DNA of 64,000 nucleotides from the NCBI RefSeq assembly GCF_004010195.1, contig NC_057719.1:33965981-34029980 (forward strand), given 5' to 3'. Source of the DNA: Chiloscyllium plagiosum (taxonomy: Eukaryota). Each line of letters opens with the position of its first letter. The first letter of the stretch is position 1. The translations under genes and the position numbers were made by a program. The notes beneath the pieces are model-generated. The model searched no databases. It saw only the letters and a program-made list of their open reading frames with translations, and was not told where the DNA came from. Shown here one piece after another: positions 49,798 to 62,099 of this stretch.

Positions 49798-52700
49798 TGT
49801 AGTAGTGAAACCCCCGACGGGTGACAAAAACTCAGAAGGCAGGATTCAGGCACATGGCAGTCTTTATTCTTATTCAAGCAATCACCAGTTCATGCAGAGA
49901 GAGGGCCAAAGATTTCTCACCGAATCTGGCCAGACATGAGAATGCAGTTGTTCCCTTAACCTTTGACTCACATTGGAAAAGAGATTAGTGACATAGTGAT
50001 TTTTACGGTGAGATACATTTTTATACATTTTGTGTTACAATAATCACATACAATGTGGTCACTGTGTCCTTCCTTTATTCTATACATCCAATCCTGTGAA
50101 ATACTAATCAATGATGTGCACTCCAATGGACAGCCCAAGAACATAGAACATTGCAGCGCAATAACAGGCCTTCAGTCCTTGATGTTGCGCCAACCTGTGA
50201 AACCATTCTGAAGCTCATCTAACCTACACTATTCCATTATCATCTATATGTTTATCCAATGACCATTTAAATGCCCTTATAGTTGGCGAGACCATTATTG
50301 TTGCAGACAGGACATTCCACGCCCCTACTACTCTCTGAGTAAAGAACCTACTTTTGACATCTGTCCTATATCTATCACCCCTCAATTTAAAGCTATGTCC
50401 CCTCATGCTAGCCATCACCATCCGAGGAAAAAGGTTTTCACTGTCCACCCTATTTAATCCACTGATTATCTTATATACCTCTATTAAGTCACCTATTAAC
50501 CTTCTTTTCTCTAACAAAAACAGCCTCAAGCCCCTAAGTCTTTCCTCATAAAACCTTCTTCCATACCAGGCAACATTTTGGTAACTCTCTTCTGCACCCT
50601 TTCCAATGCTTCCACATCCTTCCTATAGTGCGGCAACCAGAACTATACGCAATACTCCAAGTGCAGCCGCACCAGAATTTTGTGCAGTTGCAACATGATC
50701 TCATGTCTCCGAAACTCAATCCTTCTATCAATAAAAGCTAACACACTGCACGCCTTCTTTACAACCCTATCAACCTAGTGGCAACTTTCAGAGATTTATG
50801 CACATGGACACCAAGATCTTTCTGGTCATCCACACTACCAAGAATCTTACTATTAGCCCAGTACTCTGCATTCCTGTTACTCCTTCCAAAGTGAATCACC
50901 TCTCGCTTTTCACATTAAATTCCATTTCGCACCTCTCAGCCCAGCTCTGCAGCTTACCAATATCCCTCTGTAACCTGTAACATCCTTCGTCACTATCCAC
51001 AACTTTACCGACTTTAGGGTCATCCGCAAATTTACTAACCCATCCTTCAACGTCCTCATCCAGGTCATTTATAAAAATGACAAACAGCAGTGGGCCAAAA
51101 CAGATCCTTGTAATACAACACTAGTAACTGAACTCCAGGATGAACATTTCCCACCAACCACCACCCTCTATCTTCTTTCAGTTAGCCAATTTCTGATCCA
51201 AACCTTAAATCCCTCTCAATGCCATGCCTCCATATTTTCTGCAATAGCCTACCATGGGGAACCTAACAGACGCTTTACTGAAATCTTATACACTACATCA
51301 ACCGCTTTACCCTTCATCCACCTGTTTGGTTGCCTTCTCAAAAAGCTCAATAAGGTTTATGAGGCATGACCTACCCCTCACAAAACTGTGTTGACGATCC
51401 ATATTCAAATTATTCCTTTCTAGTTGATTATAAATCCTATCTCTTATAATCTTTTCCAAAGCTTTGCCCACAACATCAAGTATGTCTCACTGATCTACAA
51501 TTACCAGGGTTGTCTCTACTCCCCTTCTTGAACAAGGGGACATTTGCTCTCCTCTAGTCTTCTGGCACTATTCCTATAGACAATGACACCATAAAGATCA
51601 AAGCTAAAAACTCTGCAATGACCTCCCTGGCTTCCCAGAGAATCCTGGGATAAATCCAATCTGGCCCAGGGAACTTATCTATTTTCACACTTTCCAGAAT
51701 TTCTAACATCACTTCCTTGTGAACCTCAATCCCTCTAGTCTAGTAGCATGTATTCATATGTAATAGCCCTACATTTCCATAATCTCACGGTGTTTAACAG
51801 AAATTGGAATTGTCAGGCCTTGGAATCTTTGAATGCATCCTTTTGATTCACATTCCAAAGTTATTGGCCATACATCTTTGCACATGTTCTAGACTAGCCT
51901 ATCTGTGAGGACTGCTTGAATTCTGTTATTCATTGTATTCCATGTGTTATCTTTATCAAATTCTGTTGCTCTTCATATTTTCCTGCTGTTCCAATTATAA
52001 AAAGACAGTTGGTTCTAATTAAGTGCTACAAAATTCACGATATTAATTTCTATTATAAAGTTAGTTATTAGTCAAATTTTACAGCTATTTCTACTATCAG
52101 CACTCTTTAGTTAATGAGTAAAGTTTCCCGAGATTAATTAACTTTCATATCTATGTTTGAATGTTTTCCCCTTATGCTTCTATTATATTTTGGTTACATA
52201 TGGATATCTATAATTATGTTGAAATCTATCTCTGTGATTGCCTGAAGATTCTTTAACTAGAACTTATTTCTTAATATTGTGAAACAACTGATGACTACAA
52301 AACAACTTTAGCTTTGTTTGCACAGCTGCACGATGAATTAGGCTGACTGTCTCCTGGACTGAGATTCGCACCCTCGTTCTAACTGATGCTGTTCACCTAA
52401 TGGGACAATATCCTTTCATTAATGAGGCTGGAATCAATCACTAATCATAGGTTAATGAATTTGTTTGATCCTTCAAATTTTTACAAACTATAATCCCATT
52501 AGTTTATCTGTGTTTGTAATTGTTAAAGTTTTTATCTCCTTCTTCTTCATCAACGTTTCTTACAAATTTTCAAACTGTCTGCCCTTGAATATCTTTTTAT
52601 CAGTGTTTCTGATTGCTGTTTGTCCAGGGCCTCCCTTTCACCTTGGAGTAGCCCCTCTACAAAGGTACCATTATGTTTCACTTAAATGCTGGACCAGGTG

Positions 52701-52821
52701 TTTAAATCTGTTTTCATTACTTGTCTACCATTTTGTGTCTAAATGCTGGAGCAGGTTTTTAAATTCTGTTTTTCCTATGTCATTCTGTTTTTGTGTCATT
52801 CAATTATGGGCAGTCCCTACA
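49798..52821 (-). mobile_element. Solo LTR of about 1.4 kb net, containing a nested CR1
   Basis: TGTAG..CTACA inverted termini, decayed 5 bp TSD CAGTG/CAATA, minus-strand AATAAAG at ~49865 close to the terminus, and ~57 bp internal tandem repeats at 52684-52800. Confidence 0.7.
50138..51750 (-). mobile_element. CR1 LINE 3' half nested in the LTR
   Basis: RLIGDLIEVYKII..FFTQRVVGAWNVL, KFADD and DKFPGPD remnants, and an (AGAACAT)n tail. Confidence 0.92.
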
Positions 52822-53765
52822 CAATAAATACCAGATTCCCACCACCTTCTGGCTGAGAACATTTTTCCTCAAATCCCCTCTAAACCTTCTGCCCTTTATC
52901 TTTAAATTATATCCCCTTGACATTGATCATTTAACCAAGGGGAACAGCTGCTTTTTATCCAACCTGTCCATGCTCCTTACAATCTTATATACCTCAACCA
53001 AATCCCACACCCCTCAGCCTTGACTGCTCTAAGGAAAATAACCCAGGCTTATCCAGTCTCTCTTCAGACCTAAAGTGCCCCATCCCAGGCAACATTCTGG
53101 TGAATCTCCTCTGCGTCCTCTCCAGTGCAATCATGTGCTTCAGGTAGTGTGGTGACCAGAACTGCTTACAGTAATCTAGCTGTAAGCTTACCAAAGTTCT
53201 GCACAGCTCCAATATAACTACCCTTGCTCTTCTAACCCATGCCTCGACTGAAAAAAAAACAACTGTCCCTTTTGCCTTCTTAACAGTCCTATTAAGTTGT
53301 CTTGCTAAATTCAGGATCTGTGGACAAGCAACTCAAGATCCCTCTGTTCCTCTGAGCATCCTAGTGTCCTTCTATTCCTTGAGTACTGTCTTGTCTTGTT
53401 AATTCTTCCAAAATGCATCACCTTATACTTGTCAGATTTAAAATGCATCTGCCACTGAAGTCTATCTGACCAATCTGTTGACATTGTCATGTAACTTTAG
53501 ACCTTCTGCCTCAATGCCAACCACCCAGCTTCATGTCATTCATAAACTTTCTCATTATACCCCCCAACATTTCCTTTGATATTGTTTCTATATTTTTACC
53601 ACCAACAAGAAGGGACCCAGCACTGATTCCTGTGGTATGCCACTGGATGCCAGCGTGCAGTTACACAAACACTCTTGAATCCTAAAGAGAAACTGAATGT
53701 ACTTGAGAAACTCGGTTGGTTTGGCAGCATTTGTGGAAAGAGAAATAAAGTTTATATTTTCTGTT

Positions 53766-53973
53766 GAGAGTGTGGTGCTAGAAAAACACAGCAGGTCAGG
53801 CAGCATCCAAGGTGCAGGAGAATTGACGTTTCAGGCATAAGCCTCATTCCTGATGAAGTGCTTTTGAATGAAATGTCGGTTCTCCTGCTCCTCGAATGCT
53901 GCCTGACCTGCTGTGCTTTTCCCGCACCACACTCTCGACTGTAATCTCCAGCATCTGCAGTCTTCACTTTCTT
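53766..53973. mobile_element. Fold-back Penelope-terminus mini-element nested in an older palindromic element (~53680-54010)
   Basis: Inverted arms around ATTCCTGATGAAG at ~53846-53858. TTTTCTGTT on both flanks. Confidence 0.85.
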
Positions 53974-54221
53974 CCACTTAATGTTTTCTGTTCAATGACT
54001 CTTGTCTAGAACTGATGACACAAGAATCCAGCACGTCCTCCCCAGAGAGGTTGTTTCCCCTCCCCAGTATGACGATGGTGAGAGACCAGTAGACTGCATT
54101 ATTCATAATTGAAAACATTTGCAATTGATGTTAATGACTCTGACCCCTCCACCACCATTACCCAAGATGGTTTTCTGATTCTATTGAGGTTCTGCTCTAT
54201 GTCTTATTGGGCCATGCCAGG

Positions 54222-54395
54222 GGAGAAAGTGAGGACTGCTGGAAATCAGAGTCAAAGAGTGTGGTGCTGAAAAAGGTCAGGCAGCATCTGAGGAGCAGGA
54301 GAATTCCTGATGATCAGCTTATGCTTGAAACATCAATCCTCCAGCTCGTTGAATGCTGCCTGATCAGCTGTGGTTTCCCAGCACCACACTCTTCA
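54222..54395. mobile_element. Fold-back Penelope-terminus mini-element
   Basis: Inverted arms, central ATTCCTGATGA..GAAAC, and CATGCCA on both flanks. Confidence 0.8.
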
Positions 54396-55314
54396 GCACA
54401 TGCCAAGCAATGTATGAACCTGCCATCCATGATGATCCCAGGGTACAGGCAATTCTTGAATCTGTGGCAGCATATTTACAACCCATTTACATGATTGTGG
54501 AAGCATATCCAAACCCAAAAGTATTAGTGGATTGGCAATGTTTTTATAAAGCAGTACACTTGTCCAGCTGAAAGCAGGTCATACATTCAATGACTCAAGT
54601 CATTGTGGAAGCAGGGTGTTATTTGCAAACATTCAGAATATTTTTAAAGTATCAGTTTAAGTAGCTACATTGTCTGGAAACAGATGGCATTTAATCTAAA
54701 ATGCTGCATATTCTGTGCTGAAAAAATTAAATATTGAGTGGAAGTATATATTTAGGTATGAATTAAAATGTACTTTTCTAACTGTAAAAAGGTACTGCGG
54801 TTTGTTTCACAAAACACAAGTCTGAAATCTTGAAAATGTCTGGCAGAGATCCAATTTTAAATTTTTAAAAGCACTCTTATTAGACCTCAAAAAATCATAG
54901 ATGTCATTTACTAACAGCTACTTTCAACTTTGGTTAAGTAGCAAACATTAGAAATTGAACATTGGTTTAAAGGAGAAAAGGGATGAATGCCAGAGATTTG
55001 GGGAACATCCTATCCCTTCCTCTGTACTTCAAGATTGCAAGGTTGAAGTGTTTCACTGTAAATGCTGACTTTTCCTTCAAACAAATTTCAAGAAATTATC
55101 ACAAAAAAAATTGAAGGAAATATTATTCAGGATGGAGTTTATTATCTTTTCTCGTTCGAGAAAGGTTTTTTCTTGAAAAACATTACATTAAAAAGTGATG
55201 CAATTTCATGTGAAGGTTTCTCCAACTTCAACCACCAACCCCCAAAACAAGCAATGATGTCACCCCTTTCTGCTAACAGACCTTTTTCAAACTTGCCACA
55301 CAACTTTTACTGTT

Positions 55315-55340
<26 letters not shown>
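55315..55340. repeat. (TA)n microsatellite
   Basis: Direct observation. Confidence 0.95.
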
Positions 55341-55345
<5 letters not shown>

Positions 55346-55479
55346 AAAAACATATTTTGTTGAATGTGAGCGTCACTCACATGGCTAGTCAATCTTTAAT
55401 TGGCCTTGATCTGAATGACTTGCTGTACCATTTCAGAAAGCTATTAGGTGATGTCAATTTGTCACATTTCGGCCAGATC

Positions 55480-56340
55480 AATTAAGGACATCCGTTATTC
55501 TCCAATGGGCTCTTGCATTGAGATTGTGCTCACTGATTCTAGACTTTCTCACAAGTAGAAACAATCTTTCTACATCTATTGTATCAAGCAGCCTAAGAAT
55601 CCTATATGTTTTAGTAAGGACAACTAGATTTTCAAGAAGACAGACCAAAACTACTGAACGTCTCTTCATAACAACAATTCCTCAACACCCGTAATCAATC
55701 TCATGACCATTCTCTGGACTGTCTCTAATATTGGTATGATTTTCTTGAGATAAGGGCCTCAAAACTGTTCACAGTATTCCAGGTGTGGTCTGACTAGTGT
55801 CTTAGCAAGAAGTCCCGATTTATATTTCATTCATTTTGAAATAAAGGCCAACAGTCCATTTTTCTTCTCTATTACCTGCTGAATTTAATGGAAGCTTCTG
55901 TGATGCATGCAAGTGCAGCTTTCTGTAGTCATAGAGTCGTAGAGATCCAGATATCCCAACTCAATCTAGTGCCACCTGCTAGCAGCTGGCCCATATCCCT
56001 CCAAACTCTTCCTATTCATATACCCATCCAAATGCCTCTTAAATATTGCAATTGTACCAGCCTCCATTATTCTTCCTGCCAAAGAGTGTAACTTCAGTTT
56101 CTCATACAATATTCCATCTGCTAAGTTTTAGCCTACTCACTATATCCCTCTGTAGACTCTTTGTGTCATTCTGACAATTTGGCTACTCAACTATTTTTGT
56201 GCCATCCAGAAACTTGGCAATAATGTGTTCATTTCCTTTATCCAAGTCACTAATGTATATTGTAAATAATTGTGGTCCCAGCATTGATCCCTGTGGTACT
56301 CTACTAGTTACAGGTTGCCATTTTGAAAATGCCTCTTTAT
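55480..56340 (-). mobile_element. Old CR1 fragment with a nested CR1 tail (55925-56075)
   Basis: TYRILRLLDTIDVERLF and the minus-strand [21 protein letters not shown] motif. Confidence 0.8.
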
Positions 56341-57907
56341 CCTACTCTCTGTCTTCAATTCTTCTGCTTTTACTTGGTTCTCCATTATTATTTCCCCAGG
56401 CTTATTCTCTAAAGCCCTTATTTTTTTTCCCTTTTCATTTATATAAAGAAGCTCTTGCTGTCCATTTTCATATTGCTTTATAGTTTACCCTCATAGTTTT
56501 ATTTTCTCACACTTTACAATCTTTTTGATTATCTTTGTAGGGAATGTGCCAATTATTTGGTTTACCAGTAACCTTTTCCACATAGTATCGAAATAAAAGA
56601 AAAAAACGTACAGTCATCACCTTCCTTGGTTAAGAGATAATTTATCCCTTCCTGGATTACAGATTCTCCAACTTTACTTTTCTACATTAGCTTGCCACAA
56701 TCATATGAGAACCCATAGCCACCTATCCGGCCATACCCAGCCCCTATTATTTCTGGTCACACGTTTCCAGTACCGTCATGTGGCCACAATACCAACTCCA
56801 CCCCTTTGCTCCATTTACCAGAGAGAAAATGTAATACTACCGTCTGAAAGCTGTCATAAATGCAGCAAATCCATGGTCAGGTCATAAATACAGACTGCAG
56901 AGTCATTTTAAATTAGGGAGCATATACTAATGCTCCCTTCAAAAAAACTTGATCTACATGGCACTCTTTATTAAGTGTACAGCCTTCATAAAATCTTTTG
57001 TCAACTGCACATTTGTGTTATTTATCACAAAAGAAGACATGCGAAGTGTCTTCCAGACTGCCACACACAGAAGCAGTGGGACCTTTGTACACTTCCTAGA
57101 AATTGAAGAAAGGTGTTGTCCATGCTCTCATTGTTGAACTTCAACAAGTTTATTAACATCACTATTTACAAAATTCATGGTGAGGGAAGGTCATGCTTCA
57201 GTAGACTTGCAGGCACAGACTCCAGTTCCACCTGATTTGATGTCACAACAAAATAGCTCATTCTGCACATGCTCAGAAGCTGTCTTTGGAGTAAAGTTGC
57301 AATTAACCCTTAACTCTATCCTGATTTATGATCAGGGAAGCAGGATTATCTAGTTTTAGACTCCAGAAACACCAAAAATGATATGAAACTTCAGAAGAGT
57401 TGATGATGACAAAAATGTTAACCGTCCAGTTCCAAAAGGCAGCTAAACATTCTCAGGGCACCTCAGACCTTGTCAAAGTCCCAGCATATCTCTTACACCA
57501 CCAGTTGTAGCCATGATATCTTTGCCCTCCTATGAATTAATTTCAACAATTGAAAATGTGATGAAAGAAAACAAGATGGGATCATCTTGCATTCTAGAAA
57601 ATAACTCCCGATGGGCTCTTGAAATTAGATATACAATTCTTACTGAGAAGTGGTGTGAACACAGCACTGTGGGCAAATATTCTTGATAATTCTAACAGGG
57701 TTCATTGTAATTTCCTATATCAGTCTGAACAGATGGCCCTAAAACAGCAGGAGTGATACATATTTATCTTGTTTCTGTGTTATCTTTTTTTGTGAGGATG
57801 ATAAATTTATACCACCACCTTTACAAACGCATGACTTAAATAACTATTAAAAGACTGGCTTCTGTATGGAGCTGTCACAGCCAAAATTGATGATGATAAG
57901 TTTGCCA

Positions 57908-58380
57908 CTTAGAGTCATAGAGATGTACAGCACAGAAACAAATCATTCGGTCCAACCCGTCCATGCCGACCAAATATCCCAACCCAATCTAGTCCCACCT
58001 GCTAGCACCCGACCCATATCCCTCCAAACCCTTCCTATTCATATACCCATCCAGATGCCCTTTAAATGTTGCAATTGTACCAGCCTGCACCACTTCCTCT
58101 GGCAGCTAATTCCATACATGTAACCCCCTTTCACCCTAAACCTATGCTCTCTAGTTCTGGACTCCCCCATCTCACCCAAGGAAGACACTTTCTCTGTTTA
58201 CCCTATCCATGCCCCTCATGATTTTATAAGCCTCTATAAGGTCACCCCTCAGCCTTCGATGCTCCCTAGCCTATTCAACCTCTCCCTATAGCTCAAATTC
58301 TCCAACCCTGGCAACATCCTTGTAAATCTTTTTTGAACCCTTTCAAGTTTCACAACATCTTTCCGATAGGAAGGAGGCCA
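57908..58380 (-). mobile_element. CR1 3' end
   Basis: Same family as 6862-7380 (RKDVVKLERV..RGDLIE), with tail AGAGTCATAGAG. Confidence 0.9.
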
Positions 58381-59310
58381 TTTTGTCCAGACTGTTTACT
58401 TATATTTTCTTTGTAGTCCAATTTGTTTTTTACATTCAATGAGCCATAATACTTTTAGTCATGATCTTTGGCCATGTGCGAGAGTCAAACTTGACAGAAA
58501 AATTTATAACATTCTTAAAAATTAAAGTTGCAATGTTAATTTTTGTATTCATTGCTCCATCAGGTATTATTACTTCCAGTGACAGTCATTTTCAATCATG
58601 CCAGCCGGCAGCACATTCTTTTCTGATATTGTGTGTAAACTAAGCCAGCTATTTTGACGCCTGACATTCCACCCAAGTAGCCATCAGATAAAACTCTTAT
58701 TCAATGATTATGAATCTTTATATTTCAGTTAGGTTTTAGTTCTGTTATGGTTGAAAATCACTTGCATGGGACAGATTGGGAGTGCTTGTAAAACGTATGC
58801 AGCCATGGGAGGAGTGATGAATTTCCTTTTGCAGAACTGTTGATCTGGAAGACAGAAATAATTCCTCAAGCAGTGCCGGAGTGAATAGAATAACTGAACT
58901 AAATCATATCATATTATCTAGTTGCTTTAGATTTTGTTAGTGGACAAGAAGTAAACACATGAACAGAACTATTGAATGAAATAGGTAAAAATAAACATTA
59001 TTTTTAAATGGTTCAATACAGGGAGAAAATGTATGTGTCAAAACTCATTGGTGTGTTTAGGATAGATGATTGTATTTGTTCCAGAGCTCAAAGTTATTGA
59101 ATTCTGGTACTCTCACAATGTGACTACAGTTAGATTTCCCAAATAGATCAATATTTTATTTACAGCATTCCCCATAATAGAAATCCAATTGTAAAACTGT
59201 TTAAATCTTAGCTTTAAGCATCTTCTCTTCATTGAAGTTCCATCAATATCCTTTCATACTTTCCCTTGCAAGTGAGGCCATGAATTAAACCGTTCTGTGA
59301 ATTCACGTAA

Positions 59311-59520
59311 AGTCACCATTGTCGTACCAGACAATAGGGCTGTTTGCTCATGAGAGAGAGATGCCTAGTGGTGGTTTAACTGGAGGGTCACCACACCTCA
59401 GGCAAGAGGAGAAGTTGAGAAGGAGAATCCTTCATGGTAACCTCAGCTGTATGGGAATTGAACCCATAGTGTCAGCATCACTCTGCAATGCAAACCAGCC
59501 ATCCAGCCAACTGAGCTAAC
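59311..59520 (-). mobile_element. tRNA-derived SINE (non-HE1 family)
   Basis: Minus strand has an A-box (TAGCTCAGTTGG) and B-box (GGTTCAATTCC), followed by a non-tRNA body. Confidence 0.75.
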
Positions 59521-59777
59521 TGGTACTATGTTGATTAATAACCTACTACAGCAATAGAATTTCCACATTACTTTAACATTTTGTAAAGCAAGCAATTGAA
59601 ACGTCGAACGAATATTTGTTAACATAATTTCAATGTTATAATATATATCCACTGACATCCATCAAATATGTCCTTCAAGTCTTCACTGTCTTTGACTTAC
59701 CTTCATAACTCTCTTCAGGATTGTTCCTGATTCATCTTTGCTCAGCTCAGCACTATTTGGAACTGGGAGACGATCTT

Positions 59778-60103
59778 AGAATCATAGAAACGCTGCAGTG
59801 TGAAAAGAGACCCATTCAGCCCATTGAGTCTGCACCAACCCTCCAAAGAGCATCCCAACCTATTCCTGTAACCCCTATTTACCATGGTTAATCCACCTAG
59901 CATACATATCCCTGACACTACAGGGCCAATTGACATAACCTGCACGTCTTTGAACTGTGGGAGGAAACCAGAGCACCCAGCTAAAACTCATGCAGACATG
60001 GGCAGAACATGCAAACTCCACATAGGCAGTCTCCCAAGGCTGAAATCAAACCCATGTCCTTGGCGCTGTCAGGCAGTAGTGCTAACCACTGTGCCACCAT
60101 GTC
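59778..60103 (-). mobile_element. HE1-type V-SINE
   Basis: tRNA head, V-domain and tail. Confidence 0.88.
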
Positions 60104-61254
60104 ACTGACACACATAAATGAGCACACACTATATACTCAGACTCCAAAAAAAATCTGCAGCATTTCATGTTTACCAGCTCGCTTATAGAGTGGAGTGAAG
60201 GGTTATTGTACATTTGTGCTAGTGGTTGCTTTATTCCTGGCAATGGTTACATTTTTCAAACATCTCTTCAGGAATCAATCAAAATCTACAACCGCAGGTC
60301 ATACACAACCGGTCTGGCAGCATCTGTGGAGAGAGTCTCTTCAAAGTATCACATCAAAGTTGAAATGATAACTCTGTTTCTTTCTCCACAGCTGCTTCCA
60401 AACCTGCTGTGTTTCTCCACCATTTCCTGAGCTTGTTTCAGATTTCCAGTATCTGGGGTGGTTTGCTTTTATTTAACTAGTGATCATATTGGATAAGCTC
60501 CCCATCACCCATGCATTCCTGTGCTGAAGGCACACACTTCAAATGAACTTCAAAGTTCTTAACATTTTACAGTGATAAATTCTGGTACTTTCTTTTTGGT
60601 ATGACATTACATTTGTTTTGCTCCTCTAAGAGAGGTGAAATGATATTAATGTTGTTAATGGATCTGAAAGGGTTAATGCCGATTGCATACCCATATATTG
60701 GTGATGTCAAAAGGACTGGTCGGAAAAGTAACAAAGGATCTTTGAGGAATCAAACCTAAAATCAGGTCCTTCTGTCAGTCTATGTATTAATGTATACCAT
60801 ATCTTTGTAATGTGTAAATAGTTGCAAAGATGCAATAAACTAATTCTTGTTTATTACAAGGGACTCTTCTAGTTACGTTAGAAAATTGCTATCTTCATCT
60901 ACCCTGGACCATACAAGCCATGGAGAAACATATAGCTAGGAAATATTGGCAGTACATACAATACAATGGGCACCACTGTTGCAAATCTGATTATATATGT
61001 CAGCCTAGATGCTTGTGGTGCAGAAGTAATGTCTCTACCTCTGGACCAGGAGCCCTACCTGCTCCAAACACATGTCACAGCATGTCTCAGCAAATTGATT
61101 AGAAGTTTCTTCAAGGATAATTGAGAGTGCTGTGCTACAGTACCACTACTCTGGCCTCTGAGCTAGAAGGCTCGGGTTCAATTCCCACCTGCTTGAGAGG
61201 TATGTCATGACTTGTCTACATCAGTTGACTAAAAATATATAAAATATAACTTGA

Positions 61255-61405
61255 AAGTGGATGCTGGAAATCAAAAACAGAAATTGCTGGAAAAGCTCAG
61301 CAGGTCTGACAGTATCTGTGGGGTCACTGGACCTGAAATGTTAACTCTGATTTCTCTCCATAAATGCTGCCAGACCAGCTGAGCTTTTCCAGCAATTTCT
61401 GTTTT
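61255..61405. mobile_element. Old palindromic Penelope-terminus-like element
   Basis: AAAACAGAAATTGCTGGAAAAGCTCAGC..GCTGAGCTTTTCCAGCAATTTCTGTTTT inverted arms. Relatives at 40148-40290, 42520-42740, 60310-60470 and 62445-62665. Confidence 0.7.
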
Positions 61406-62099
61406 AATATCTAAAATATGGTGAGCAGCAATGGTAATCTGAATGAAACCTGTAGACTGACCAATGTAGCCGTATAGCGTTGAGAGTACTGGGAAGATCA
61501 TTGCTAGCAATCTAAAGATCAAATGGACCCGAGCAAAGAAATTCTCATGACAACATTCATCATTGAGGAATACTTCAAAGAATGACAGAATGTATTTCAG
61601 ATTTAGAATGAGATGCACTGGAGCAGAAAACAAAAATCTATAGTTTTAAGGTGAAGGTGCAGGCAGTGGTGTGTGAACAAAGTCCTAAGTCTGAGGTCAA
61701 CCCATGATCAAACAGACCAGGCACCCACGCACCCCAAGGCAGAGGATGACCCTATGGGTGTTGATCAATAATAAATTTATTAATAAACACACTCAGAAGC
61801 AACAGACAATTTGCTGGAGACATTCAGTAAATTGAATCAGAGGTCAGAAGAGTCCAGCAATCTGCTGTGCATGCCTTTTCTTAGAGTGGAATTGCCAGGG
61901 AAAGGCAGGTCCAGCTGTGTGCCCAATGGCTCCCAAAAATATCATGTAAACCAGCACTCCATCACCATAGCCAATTGTGCTCATCATCAATGGAAAAATG
62001 TCTAGGAGATGAGGGACATTAACCTCACTGCAGATACCCCTGGAGACAGGTGGTGCCAATTGGCATGTAGCTAGAAAAGGAGCCACATACAGGAGCTCC

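Larger units (their letters stand above)
49617..53650 (-). mobile_element. CR1 3' fragment split by an LTR (pieces 49617-49797 and 52827-53650)
   Basis: The tail at 49617 continues to GGCAGTG and resumes ..CCAGATTCCCACCACC at ~52830. QFWSPHY..RRFTRMLPGM and GIPQESVLGPFL motifs. Confidence 0.85.

Noticed and set aside
52465..52827. Hydrophobic 120 aa ORF suggesting a membrane or env peptide
   Set aside because: Lies in T-rich tandemly repeated LTR sequence, so it is a compositional artefact.
59701..59774. Possible minus-strand exon (RLPVPNSAELSKDESGTILKRVMK|GTAAGT)
   Set aside because: The acceptor would come from an adjacent SINE tail, the peptide is unrecognised, and no partner exons were found.
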